Assembly: GCA_049323935.1 (NCBI GenBank)
Contig: JBMONN010000004.1
Span: forward strand, 16,486-80,485
Length of the DNA stretch: 64,000 bases
Source of the DNA: Thermodesulfobacteriota bacterium
GTDB lineage: Bacteria; Desulfobacterota; Desulfobulbia; Desulfobulbales; SURF-16
Direction: 5' to 3'
Part shown: one piece after another, positions 33,064-41,824 of the stretch
Layout of the letters: every line of letters starts with the position of its first letter
Position numbering within the stretch: position 1 is the first letter of the stretch
The notes under the pieces: generated by a model
What the model was told of the DNA's origin: nothing
The model's input: only the letters and a program-made list of their open reading frames with translations
Database searches by the model: none
Position numbers and translations under genes: made by a program

Positions 33064-34935
33064 ATGGCCCAGTTTATCCCCTTGCTGCTCATCGCCTTGC
33101 CGGCCGCGGCGGCCGTTGCCGTTTTTTTCTGCCGCAGCCCCGGAGTGCGCGCCCTGCTGGTCGGCGCCACGGTGGCGGGGCTGGCGGCGACTGCCCTGGG
33201 CGGCCGTGCCACCTTTGCCCCTGATCCCGGCTGGCGCGCCAGCCTCGATCAGGCGATTGTCGCCGCCGATTTTCTCGTCCTGCTCTTGCTGTTTTTTTTC
33301 GGTTGCCGGCACCGCCACCGGCTGGTTATGGTGCTGACCATCAGCCAGGCGGGGCTTCTTGCCGGGCTCGATTTTTTTGTCATCAGGCCGGAACCACTGG
33401 CGCCGCTCTTTGTTCTCGATGCCCTTTCCCTGCTGCTGGTGCGGGTCGTCTGTCTGGTGGGGGGGCTGATCTGCCTGTTTGCCATTCCGTACATGGCGGT
33501 CCATGAACGGCATCAGCGCCTCAGCCGCTCGCGGCAGCCCGTTTTTTTCGCCATCCTCCTCCTCTTTCTCGGCGCCATGAACGGCCTGGCCCTGTGCCGT
33601 GATATCCTCCATTTTTATTTTTTCTTTGAGTTGACCACCCTCTGCTCCTTTGTCCTGATCAGCCATGACCGCAGTAAGGAGGCGGTGCAGAATGGTCTCA
33701 CCGCCCTGTGGATGAACAGCCTGGGCGGTCTGGTTCTGCTGCTTGCCATTTGGGGACTCTATGAGCAGCATGGAAGCACCGATATCCTGCATCTCGCCCG
33801 GGAACCGGCGGCCGGCCAGATGAGCCTGCTGCCTCTTGCCCTGCTTTTGCTCGCCGCCTTTACCAAGTCGGCTCAGCTCCCCTTCCAGCAGTGGCTGCTC
33901 GGCGCCATGGTCGCGCCGACCCCGGTCTCCGCTCTGCTTCACTCCAGCACCATGGTCAAGGCCGGGGTCTATCTCGCCATCCGTTTTGCCCCGGCCTTGA
34001 CCGACACTCCGCTCTCGCCGCTCCTCACCCTGACCGGCGGCCTGGTTTTTGTCGGGGCGGCCGGGCTGGCCCTGGGCCAGGACAACGCCAAAAAGGTGCT
34101 CGCCTGTTCAACGATCAGCAATCTCGGCCTCATCTTCGCCTGCGCCGGCATCGGCAGCCCGGCGGCGATCATTGCCGGCATGCTGCTGATCCTCTTTCAC
34201 GCCGTGGCCAAGGGATTGCTGTTTTTGTGCATCGGCGCCGCGGAGCAGCAGACAGGCAGCCGGGATATCGAGGTGCTGCGCGGCCTCTATGCCTCCATGC
34301 CGCTCACCACCCTTTGCGCCCTCGTCGGCATCGTCACCCTCATCCTGCCGCCCTTCGGCATGCTGCTCGGCAAATGGCTCGTGCTCACGGCCGGGGCGGC
34401 GAGTCCTCTCTTTTTTCTGCTGGTCGGGCTGGGCAGCGCCGTCACCGCCCTCTATTGGGTGCGGCTGGGCGGCACCCTGCTCGGGGTCTCGATGCCGCCC
34501 CGGCAATTGCGTGAGAACACCGCACCGCTCATGCTCCTGCCCCTGCTTGCCCTGGCCGCTGCCTCCCTGCTGCTTTCCTTCGCCTTTCCCTGGCTGGCGG
34601 CGTCGATGGGAACGACCGATCTTCCGGCCATCCTGTTGGGCGGCAATGCCCCGACCGTCCTCCTTGCCTTGGCTGCCGTGACCATTGGCGCCGCGTTCTG
34701 GGGGCTGCTGGCGATGCGCCGGGCCCTGGTCGCCGCCGCGGCAAGTCCCTATCTGTCCGGCGCCGAGAGTCCGACCCCGGGGCACTTCATCGGCCCGGGC
34801 GGGGAGGAGGTCACCCTCCGGGTCGGTAATTATTACCTGGCCAGTCTCTGTGGCGAGGCGAGGCTGGGCCGCTGGCTGACGATCGGCGCCCTTGCCATGA
34901 TTGGTCTTCTGTTGACGGGGGATCTATGGCGGTGA
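33064..34935 (+). CDS. echA: Ech-type hydrogenase membrane subunit A (NuoL/HyfB-like proton-conducting antiporter subunit)
   Basis: 623 aa, polytopic. Conserved antiporter-like blocks: FFELTTLCSFVLI, KSAQLPFQQWLLGAMVAPTPVSALLHSSTMVKAGVYL, and ISNLGLIF...HAVAKGLLFLCIG. ATG 33064 chosen; the upstream part of the ORF is unlikely to be coding. Confidence 0.8.
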   Translation: MAQFIPLLLIALPAAAAVAVFFCRSPGVRALLVGATVAGLAATALGGRATFAPDPGWRASLDQAIVAADFLVLLLLFFFGCRHRHRLVMVLTISQAGLLAGLDFFVIRPEPLAPLFVLDALSLLLVRVVCLVGGLICLFAIPYMAVHERHQRLSRSRQPVFFAILLLFLGAMNGLALCRDILHFYFFFELTTLCSFVLISHDRSKEAVQNGLTALWMNSLGGLVLLLAIWGLYEQHGSTDILHLAREPAAGQMSLLPLALLLLAAFTKSAQLPFQQWLLGAMVAPTPVSALLHSSTMVKAGVYLAIRFAPALTDTPLSPLLTLTGGLVFVGAAGLALGQDNAKKVLACSTISNLGLIFACAGIGSPAAIIAGMLLILFHAVAKGLLFLCIGAAEQQTGSRDIEVLRGLYASMPLTTLCALVGIVTLILPPFGMLLGKWLVLTAGAASPLFFLLVGLGSAVTALYWVRLGGTLLGVSMPPRQLRENTAPLMLLPLLALAAASLLLSFAFPWLAASMGTTDLPAILLGGNAPTVLLALAAVTIGAAFWGLLAMRRALVAAAASPYLSGAESPTPGHFIGPGGEEVTLRVGNYYLASLCGEARLGRWLTIGALAMIGLLLTGDLWR

Positions 34936-35792
34936 ATCTCACGTCCCTCATCCTGGTTCCAGTCGGCCTTGCCGCCGCGCTGCTCATCGGCGGTCTGCTC
35001 GCCGGCATCGACCGCCGACTGACCGCCCGCCTCCAGGCCCGGCAGGGGCCGCCGCTGACCCAGGCCTGGTGGGACGTGGTCAAGCTGTTCGGCAAGCGGA
35101 CCCGAGCGGTCAACCCGTGGCAGCCTTTCTGCGCCCGCATCTCCTTTGCCGCCGCCGCCACGGCGCTGGTGCTGCTCTGTTATGCCGCCAATTTGCTCCT
35201 CATCCTCTTTGTTTCGGCAACGGCCGGCGCCTTTCTTGTCTTCGGGGCGATGAGTTCGCTCTCGCCGTGGAGCCAGGCAGGGGCCCAGCGCCAGCTCTGG
35301 CAGCTCTGCTGCTGCGAGGCCCTGCTCTTCTGTTTTGCCGCCGGGGTCTCTCTCGTCAGTGGCGGCTTTGCGCCGGCCGCCCTTTTTGCCGAGTCGCAAC
35401 CGCTCCTCCTGCGCGCCCCGCTGCTCTTTGCGGCGATGCTCGTTGTCCTTGCCATCACCATGAAGAAGTCACCCTTTGATCTGGCCGCGAGCCACCATGC
35501 CCATCAGGAACTGGTGCGCGGGGTCTATAGCGAATACGGCGGCGCTGATCTCGCCTGGCTGGAAATGGCCCACTGGCTGGAGACCGTGCTCGTCCTCGCC
35601 CTCTGTGGCCTGTTCTGGGCGACTAATCCACTTGCTATGGTGGTCGTCGCCACCGGTGCCTTTCTGGCGGTTATCCTGCTTGACAATGTCGTCGCCCGTC
35701 TGACCTGGCGGTGGCTGGCGGGCCGGGTCCTGCCGGCCGCCCTGGTTGCCGCCGGGCTGACGGTTGCCTGGCTGGCCTGGAGCGGGCCATGA
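34926..35792 (+). CDS. echB: Ech-type hydrogenase membrane subunit B (NuoH/HycD-like)
   Basis: Overlaps echA by 10 nt. GIDRRLTARLQARQGPPL...DVVKLFGK is the NuoH/HycD signature. About 8 TM helices. Confidence 0.8.
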   Translation: MAVNLTSLILVPVGLAAALLIGGLLAGIDRRLTARLQARQGPPLTQAWWDVVKLFGKRTRAVNPWQPFCARISFAAAATALVLLCYAANLLLILFVSATAGAFLVFGAMSSLSPWSQAGAQRQLWQLCCCEALLFCFAAGVSLVSGGFAPAALFAESQPLLLRAPLLFAAMLVVLAITMKKSPFDLAASHHAHQELVRGVYSEYGGADLAWLEMAHWLETVLVLALCGLFWATNPLAMVVVATGAFLAVILLDNVVARLTWRWLAGRVLPAALVAAGLTVAWLAWSGP

Positions 35793-36226
35793 AGCTGCTC
35801 GCCACCCTGCTCGACGCGGCGCGGCGTCGTTCGCCCTGGCTGCTCCATTTCGACTGCGGCAGCTGCAACGGCTGCGACATCGAAACCCTGGCCTGCCTGA
35901 CGCCGCTCTACGATGTGGAACGCTTTGGCGCGATCAATACCGGCAATCCGCGCCACGCTGATATTCTGCTCGTCACGGGCACCGTCAACTATCGGAACCG
36001 GCGCACCCTGGAGATTCTTTACCGGCAGATGGCGGAACCGAAGGCGGTGGTGGCCATCGGCAGCTGCGGCCTGTCCGGCGGCATCTTCCGCCAGGCCCCC
36101 AATGTGGTGGGCGGGGTCGACAGGGTGATCCCGGTCGATGTCTATGTCCCCGGCTGCCCGGCCCGGCCGGAGGCGATCATCGACGGGGTGGTGGGGGCCG
36201 TGGCAAAACTGCGGGAGGGAGGATGA
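35789..36226 (+). CDS. echC: Ech-type hydrogenase small subunit C (NuoB-like, [4Fe-4S])
   Basis: ATGA overlap. HFDCGSCNGCDIE, ILLVTGTV, AIGSCGLSGG, and VPGCPARPEAI are the four Cys ligands of the proximal cluster. Confidence 0.85.
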   Translation: MKLLATLLDAARRRSPWLLHFDCGSCNGCDIETLACLTPLYDVERFGAINTGNPRHADILLVTGTVNYRNRRTLEILYRQMAEPKAVVAIGSCGLSGGIFRQAPNVVGGVDRVIPVDVYVPGCPARPEAIIDGVVGAVAKLREGG

Positions 36227-36603
36227 CAGAGAAGGCGCTCATGCTTGCCACGGAAGCGGTGAGCCGGGACGATCTGCCGGCCAGGGTGGCGACCCTCAAG
36301 GAACAAGGATACCGCTTTGTCGCCATTACCTGTGTCGGGGTAAAGGAGGGCCGGGCCGAACTGCTGTATCATTTCGACCGGGACCTGCAACTGACCCATC
36401 TGCGGCTGACCGCCGCCGACCGGCCGTTGCCCAGCATCACCCCGGTTTTCGCCGCTGCCTATCTGGCGGAAAACGAGATCCAGGACCAGTTCGGGCTGAC
36501 CTTCGTCGGGCTTGACCCGGACTATGGCGGCAGTCTCTATCTGGAGAAGGCGGCCGGCCCGGCCCCCTTTCGCCGCCGCCTGACGGCAGCAGGGGAGACG
36601 TAA
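36223..36603 (+). CDS. echD: Ech-type hydrogenase subunit D (NuoC-like)
   Basis: ATGA overlap. LLYHF..., AAYLAENEIQDQFGLTFVG is a NuoC/30-kDa-subunit motif. Confidence 0.7.
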   Translation: MTEKALMLATEAVSRDDLPARVATLKEQGYRFVAITCVGVKEGRAELLYHFDRDLQLTHLRLTAADRPLPSITPVFAAAYLAENEIQDQFGLTFVGLDPDYGGSLYLEKAAGPAPFRRRLTAAGET

Positions 36604-37680
36604 ATGGCGAAAACCGTCATGCCGTTCGGCCCCCAGCATCCGGTGCTGCCCGAGCCGGTCCAGCTTAATCTGACCAGCGAGGAGGAGATCGTCACCAGCG
36701 CCACCCCGGTCTTCGGCTATGTCCACCGCGGACTGGAAAAGCTGGTGGAGGTCCGCGATATCCGCCAGATGATCCAGGTGGTGGAGCGGGTCTGCGGTAT
36801 CTGCTCGATGATGCATGCCCTCGTCTACTGCCAGGCGATCGAGGAGCTGCTCGGCATTGCGGCGCCGCCGCGCGCCCGTTATCTGCGGGTCATCTGGTCC
36901 GAGCTCCACCGGCTGCACAGCCATCTCCTCTGGCTCGGCCTCTTTGCCGACGCCATGGGCTTTGAAAGCCTGTTCATGCAGATCTGGAAGGCGCGGGAGC
37001 GGATCATGGACATTAACGAGGCCACCGCCGGCAACCGGGTCATTTTGTCGGTCAATGTGCTGGGCGGAGTGCGGCGCGATCTTGACCGCGGCCAGATAGA
37101 CATGGTGCGAACCGTGTTGGTCGGGCTGGAGGCGGAGATGAAAAAAATCAACCGGGTGCTGTCTGCCGATCCCACCGTGCGCCGCCGCACCAGCGGCAAG
37201 GGGGTGCTGGCGAATGGGCAGGCGCGGGAGCTTGGCTGCGTCGGCCCGGTCCTGCGGGCAAGCGGGGTGGTCGAGGATATGCGGCAGCTCGGCTACGCCG
37301 CCTATGGCGAACTTGATTTCACCCCGGTGGTGGAAGAGGAGGGCGATTGCCACGCCCGTTGCCGGGTCCGGAGCCGCGAGGTGCTGCAATCCATCGATCT
37401 CATCCGCCAGGCCTTGGCTTGCCTGCCGGCCGGCGCGCTGGCGGTCCCGGCCAAGGGCAATCCAGTCGGCGAGATGACGGTCCGGGTCGAGCAGCCGCGC
37501 GGCGAGTGTCTTTACTATATCCGGGCCGATGGGAGCAAATATCTGGAACGGCTGCGCATCCGCACCCCGACCTTTGCCAACCTGCCGGCCCTGGCCCTCA
37601 TGCTGCCCGGCATGGAGCTGGCCGATGTGCCGGTGGTGCTGCTCTCCATCGACCCGTGCCTCAGTTGCACGGAGCGGTGA
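36604..37680 (+). CDS. echE: Ech-type [NiFe] hydrogenase large subunit E (NuoD-like)
   Basis: N-terminal Ni-binding motif RVCGICSMMH and C-terminal DPCLSCTER are both present. It therefore reads as a true group-4 hydrogenase rather than a complex-I NuoD. FGPQHP near the N-terminus. Confidence 0.85.
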   Translation: MAKTVMPFGPQHPVLPEPVQLNLTSEEEIVTSATPVFGYVHRGLEKLVEVRDIRQMIQVVERVCGICSMMHALVYCQAIEELLGIAAPPRARYLRVIWSELHRLHSHLLWLGLFADAMGFESLFMQIWKARERIMDINEATAGNRVILSVNVLGGVRRDLDRGQIDMVRTVLVGLEAEMKKINRVLSADPTVRRRTSGKGVLANGQARELGCVGPVLRASGVVEDMRQLGYAAYGELDFTPVVEEEGDCHARCRVRSREVLQSIDLIRQALACLPAGALAVPAKGNPVGEMTVRVEQPRGECLYYIRADGSKYLERLRIRTPTFANLPALALMLPGMELADVPVVLLSIDPCLSCTER

Positions 37681-37747
37681 CGGCGGATGAGGTCGGGTTG
37701 CAAAGGATTGACGCGGGCATGCGGTGAAAAAAGGAGAGAGAGACGAG

Positions 37748-38836
37748 ATGGCGCAGGGCAGGAGAAAAAAAGGGAAAAAAAGGCCGGGCGCCAGCATCAA
37801 GACCGGCATGTCGCCGGGAACCATGGCCTTCATCGGCGAGGAAAAGGTTGCGCGGACCCGCATTGATCTCATCCACTACAGCCCGACCTCCTTCACCGAG
37901 AACGAGGACGTCACGGTGGCGGCGTGCCGGGAGCAGGCGCGCGCCCCCGGCGTCACCTGGATCAATGTCAGCGGCATCCATGATCTTGGGCTGATCGAGA
38001 GCCTCGGCAAGGCCTTCGATTTCCATCCACTGACCCTGGAGGACGTCGTCAACACGACCCAGCGTCTCAAGGTCGAGGAGTTCGCCGGGTATCTCTTCAT
38101 CGTCATGAAGATGCTGACCTGGCGCGACGAGATCTCCTCCTCGGTGGACATCGAAAACGTCAGCCTGATCCTCGGCAAAAATTATGTCATCTCCTTTCTG
38201 GAGCGGGAAGGCGAGGTCTTTGCCACGGTGCGCAACCGCCTGCGGCTGGCCAAGGGCCGTATCCGTTCCATGCAGGCCGATTATCTGGCCCACGCCCTGA
38301 TGGATGCAGTGGTCGATCATTATTATATCGTGGTCGAGCGGTTCGGTGACCGGATCGACGAGATCGACGATCAGATTCTCGCGGAGCCGGGGCCGGAAAA
38401 CATCAAGGAGATTCATCTCCTCAAACGGGACATCATCACGGTGCGCAAGGCGCTCTGGCCGCTGCGCGAGGTCATCGGCGCCCTCGAAAAGGGCGAGAGT
38501 GCCCTGCTGCGGCCGGAAAGCAGGGTCTACTGGCGCGATCTCTACGACCACATCATCCAGATCATCGACATGGTCGATACCTTCCGCGACATCCTCGTCG
38601 GCATGCATGACAGCTATCTGTCCGCCATGAGCATTCGGATGAACGAGGTCATGCAGGTGCTGACCACGATCGCTACCATTTTCATTCCCCTGACCTTTAT
38701 CGTCGGCATCTATGGCATGAACTTCGCTTACATGCCGGAACTGCAATGGCCGCTGGGGTACCCGCTGATCTGGGTGGTCATGCTGCTGATCGGCGGCGGC
38801 CTCTTTGCCTTTTTCCGGCGAAAGAAATGGATTTGA
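37748..38836 (+). CDS. corA: CorA-family divalent cation (Mg2+/Co2+/Ni2+) channel
   Basis: Two C-terminal TM helices with the YGMNF signature (IVGIYGMNFAYMPEL) and a basic tail FFRRKKWI. A cytoplasmic alpha/beta + coiled-coil domain precedes them. ATG 37748 follows AAAGGAGAGAGAGA. Confidence 0.85.
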   Translation: MAQGRRKKGKKRPGASIKTGMSPGTMAFIGEEKVARTRIDLIHYSPTSFTENEDVTVAACREQARAPGVTWINVSGIHDLGLIESLGKAFDFHPLTLEDVVNTTQRLKVEEFAGYLFIVMKMLTWRDEISSSVDIENVSLILGKNYVISFLEREGEVFATVRNRLRLAKGRIRSMQADYLAHALMDAVVDHYYIVVERFGDRIDEIDDQILAEPGPENIKEIHLLKRDIITVRKALWPLREVIGALEKGESALLRPESRVYWRDLYDHIIQIIDMVDTFRDILVGMHDSYLSAMSIRMNEVMQVLTTIATIFIPLTFIVGIYGMNFAYMPELQWPLGYPLIWVVMLLIGGGLFAFFRRKKWI

Positions 38837-38875
38837 CAAGGCCGCCCTGGCCGCTGCGCAAGGAGAACAACCATC

Positions 38876-39259
38876 ATGTTCATGACCCCGCTGGTGCTGA
38901 AAAATCTCTTCACCCGCCCGGCCACCAGGCCCTATCCGCCCGAGGAACGCCCGCCGTTCTCCGGGGCGCGGGGGAGTCTGGTCAATACTGCTTCGACCTG
39001 CATCCTCTGCGGCATGTGTGCCAGGGTTTGCCCCTCCCGTTGTATTACAGTGCGGCGCCGGGACGGCATGTGGGAATACGATCCCTTTGCCTGCGTCTAC
39101 TGCGGCATCTGCGCGGAAAACTGTCCCACCGGCAGTCTGCTGCAAAGAGAGCAGCGTCCAGGGATTGCGCTTGATCGGCAGCGAATTGTGCTGGAGATCC
39201 CGGCGGCAAACAAGCAGAGCCAGGGGGGCGGAGGTCCTGCTGCCGCCGCACCGGAATAG
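38876..39259 (+). CDS. echF: Ech-type hydrogenase subunit F (NuoI-like 2x[4Fe-4S] ferredoxin)
   Basis: CILCGMCARVCP and CVYCGICAENCP motifs. Size and N-terminus (LKNLFTRPATRPYP) are typical of EchF/HycF. Confidence 0.8.
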   Translation: MFMTPLVLKNLFTRPATRPYPPEERPPFSGARGSLVNTASTCILCGMCARVCPSRCITVRRRDGMWEYDPFACVYCGICAENCPTGSLLQREQRPGIALDRQRIVLEIPAANKQSQGGGGPAAAAPE

Positions 39260-39262
39260 TCG

Positions 39263-40327
39263 CTATTTTGCCTTGGCGGCTGAAGTGAGCAAATCTAGCG
39301 TTTTCCCGCTGCATTCCTTCTCCCGCGCCCAGTCCAGGGCGGTTTTGCCGGTTTCATCAGCCAGTTCGGCGCGGGCGCCATTGCTGAGCAGCGCGGCAAG
39401 GATCTCACTCCTGTCGCCGTAGGCAGCGGCCATCAGGGCGGTGAAGCCGCCCGTGCTGGCGGCATTGACCTCCGCCCCGGCGGCAAGCAGCTGCTCGACC
39501 TGCTCAAGCAGACCGGAGCCGGCGGCCAGCATCAGGGCCGTTGCCCCGCGGCTGTCCCGGCCATTGACCTGAGCGCCACGGGTCAGAAGCAGGGCCGCAG
39601 CAGCGACCTGGTTGCGGCCCACGGCAAACATCAGGGGCGTGCGGCCGGCGGAGGAGAGGGCGTTTGCCGCGGCACCGCTGTCCAGCAGGAGTTCCATGGT
39701 CGCAACGTGTCCTTCCGCCGCGGCGCTCATCAGCGGCGTGACGCCGCCCTTGTCGGGCCGGTTGACGTCGGCGCCTGCCTTGACCAGGGCGGCAATCGAG
39801 CCGGTGTCCCCCCGTTCCGCCGCGGCCCGCAGGGCGGAGATGCCGCCTGGGAAGGCTGCTTCCGGGTCGGCGCCCCGGTCCAGCAGCTCGGCGACGATGC
39901 CGCCGTGGCCGGCGCCAACGGCAAAGAGCAGGGCCGGCAGCTGTTCCCGGTCAACAGCAGTGATGGCAGCGCCACGATCGAGAAGAAGCCGAACCGTGTC
40001 ACGGCTGCCGGAGCGCGCCGCCAGCATCAGCGGGCTGCGACCGGCCTGGTCACGGTCGTTGACCCCGGCCCCGGCATTAATGAGAAGCCGGGCCATTTCC
40101 TCCCGGCCGGCGCGGGCGGCAAGCAGCAGCGGGGTTGTCCCATCCGGGGTGCGGGTGTTGACATCTGCTCCGCCGGCCAGCAGTTCTATTGCCTCCTTGC
40201 CCTGGCCGAGGCGAACGGCACGGAAGAGATCGTCGGCGGTGCTGCGGCCCTGCACCGGAGCAGGCAGACAGCAGAGCAGCAGCAGGCCGAGTCCGCATAT
40301 CCTGGCCAGTAAAAGATCGTACCGCAT
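39263..40327 (-). CDS. Secreted ankyrin-repeat protein (~10 repeats)
   Basis: Signal peptide MRYDLLLARICGLGLLLLCCLPAPVQG. Repeated G.TPLM.AA..G....V..LL..GA..N units run throughout. Confidence 0.8.
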   Translation of the reverse strand: MRYDLLLARICGLGLLLLCCLPAPVQGRSTADDLFRAVRLGQGKEAIELLAGGADVNTRTPDGTTPLLLAARAGREEMARLLINAGAGVNDRDQAGRSPLMLAARSGSRDTVRLLLDRGAAITAVDREQLPALLFAVGAGHGGIVAELLDRGADPEAAFPGGISALRAAAERGDTGSIAALVKAGADVNRPDKGGVTPLMSAAAEGHVATMELLLDSGAAANALSSAGRTPLMFAVGRNQVAAAALLLTRGAQVNGRDSRGATALMLAAGSGLLEQVEQLLAAGAEVNAASTGGFTALMAAAYGDRSEILAALLSNGARAELADETGKTALDWAREKECSGKTLDLLTSAAKAK

Positions 40328-41739
40328 CAGCCGTTTTGCTCCGCAACCGCATCAGCAGCCTTTGCCGCCCCGTCGCGCGCTTCGGCGTCCTGGAGGAGGC
40401 GGACCACCCGATCATAGCCCTGCTCCGATGCCCAGGTTTTCGCACTCTTGCCGCTGCTGTCGGTAAGGCTGACTCTGGCACCGCGCTCGATGAGCAGACG
40501 AACCGTCTCTTCATGGCCGGCCCAGGAGGCGAACATCAGGGCGGTGGAACCGTGACTGTCTGTCAGGTTGAGGTCCGCTCCGCTATCGAGCAGCATGGCG
40601 ACGGTCGGAGTCAGGCCGCAACTTGCCGCCAGGGCCAGGGCGGTGACGCCACGGCTGTCCCTGGCGTCAATCTCGGCGCCGCCAGCCACCAGCAGCCGGG
40701 CCGCCTCCGTATGCCCGTGACTGGCGGCATACATCAAGGCGGTGCGGCCCGCCTTATTGCGGATGGCCACATCCGCCTGTTGATGATGTAAAAGGAGGCC
40801 GACCACCTCGTGATGCCCTTCGCCGGCCGCGCTCATCAGCGCGGTGACCATGCCGCGGTTGGTCGTGTTGATCCGTGCCCCGTGCCGGAGGAGGGCGGTA
40901 ACCGATTTCATGTCGCCGCGCCGGGCCGCGCTGATCAGAGGCGTCATGTCGCCGATGAAGGTGACATTCGGATCTGCCCCGTTTTCCAGCAGCACCGCCA
41001 CCGTTTCGCCGTGCATGCCGAGAACGGCACAGACCAGCGGGGTAAGTCCATCCTTGTTTTTGGTGTTGACCTGGGCCTTGGCGGCGAGGAGGATTTTCAC
41101 CCCTTCGGTCAGACCGTGTTTGGCCATGAACATCAGCACGCTGTTGCCGTCCGCGTCCATGGCATGAAGATCAGCGCCGGCGTTGCTGAGCAGTTCAACG
41201 AGGCGGCCGCTGCCCTTTTCATTGACAAACATCAGGGCCGTGGCCCCGTTCCGGGCCCGGGCGCGGACATCGACGCCTTTGACGAGCAGTATTTCCACCA
41301 CGGCGGTGTTGCCGTTTTTTACCGCCCACATCAGGGCGGTGATACCTTCGCCGTCCGCCACATGGGGGCTGGCGCCATGGTCGAGGAGCAGGCGAACGAT
41401 CTCATGGCGACCGCCGCGGACCGCCTCAAGCAGGATTGTTGTTTCATCCGGGTAACGGAGGTTGACATCGGCGCCGGCCGCTATCAGCGCCTCGACTATG
41501 GCTGGATTGCCGCCGGCCACCGCCAGTCGCAGGGGATTGTGTCCTATGGCGTCCGGAGTGTTGCAATCAGCGCCGGCGGCAAGCAGACGGCTGACCGTGG
41601 CCTGGTCGCCGTTGCGAACCGCCTGCATGATTTCCTGGTTCGGCGCGGTGGCGGCAGCGACGTGTGACACGAGACAGAAGAGGACGAAGGACAGGGCAAT
41701 GCCTGCTGCTGCCCGGGTTCTTTTTTGATATGGTTTCAT
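40327..41739 (-). CDS. Secreted ankyrin-repeat protein (~13 repeats)
   Basis: Start taken at MKPYQKRTRAAAGIALSFVLFCLVSHVAAA (signal peptide). The longer ORF to 42036 overlaps the upstream gene. Ankyrin consensus repeats run throughout. 1-nt overlap with the downstream ankyrin gene. Confidence 0.8.
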   Translation of the reverse strand: MKPYQKRTRAAAGIALSFVLFCLVSHVAAATAPNQEIMQAVRNGDQATVSRLLAAGADCNTPDAIGHNPLRLAVAGGNPAIVEALIAAGADVNLRYPDETTILLEAVRGGRHEIVRLLLDHGASPHVADGEGITALMWAVKNGNTAVVEILLVKGVDVRARARNGATALMFVNEKGSGRLVELLSNAGADLHAMDADGNSVLMFMAKHGLTEGVKILLAAKAQVNTKNKDGLTPLVCAVLGMHGETVAVLLENGADPNVTFIGDMTPLISAARRGDMKSVTALLRHGARINTTNRGMVTALMSAAGEGHHEVVGLLLHHQQADVAIRNKAGRTALMYAASHGHTEAARLLVAGGAEIDARDSRGVTALALAASCGLTPTVAMLLDSGADLNLTDSHGSTALMFASWAGHEETVRLLIERGARVSLTDSSGKSAKTWASEQGYDRVVRLLQDAEARDGAAKAADAVAEQNG

Positions 41740-41767
41740 CAGTCGTTTCCTCGCGTAAAGGGAATTG

Positions 41768-41807
41768 CCGGGCCGGAGGAAGACCGGCAGGACTTCCTCC
41801 GGCCCGG
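41768..41807 (-). other. Strong intergenic stem-loop (15-bp perfect stem) between the Cys/Asp-repeat gene and the ankyrin genes
   Basis: CCGGGCCGGAGGAAG-(10 nt)-CTTCCTCCGGCCCGG. On the sense (minus) strand only a weak T-tract follows. It could be a partial terminator or an RNA-stabilising element. Confidence 0.5.
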
Positions 41808-41824
41808 GCAGGGGCGTGTGCCGG

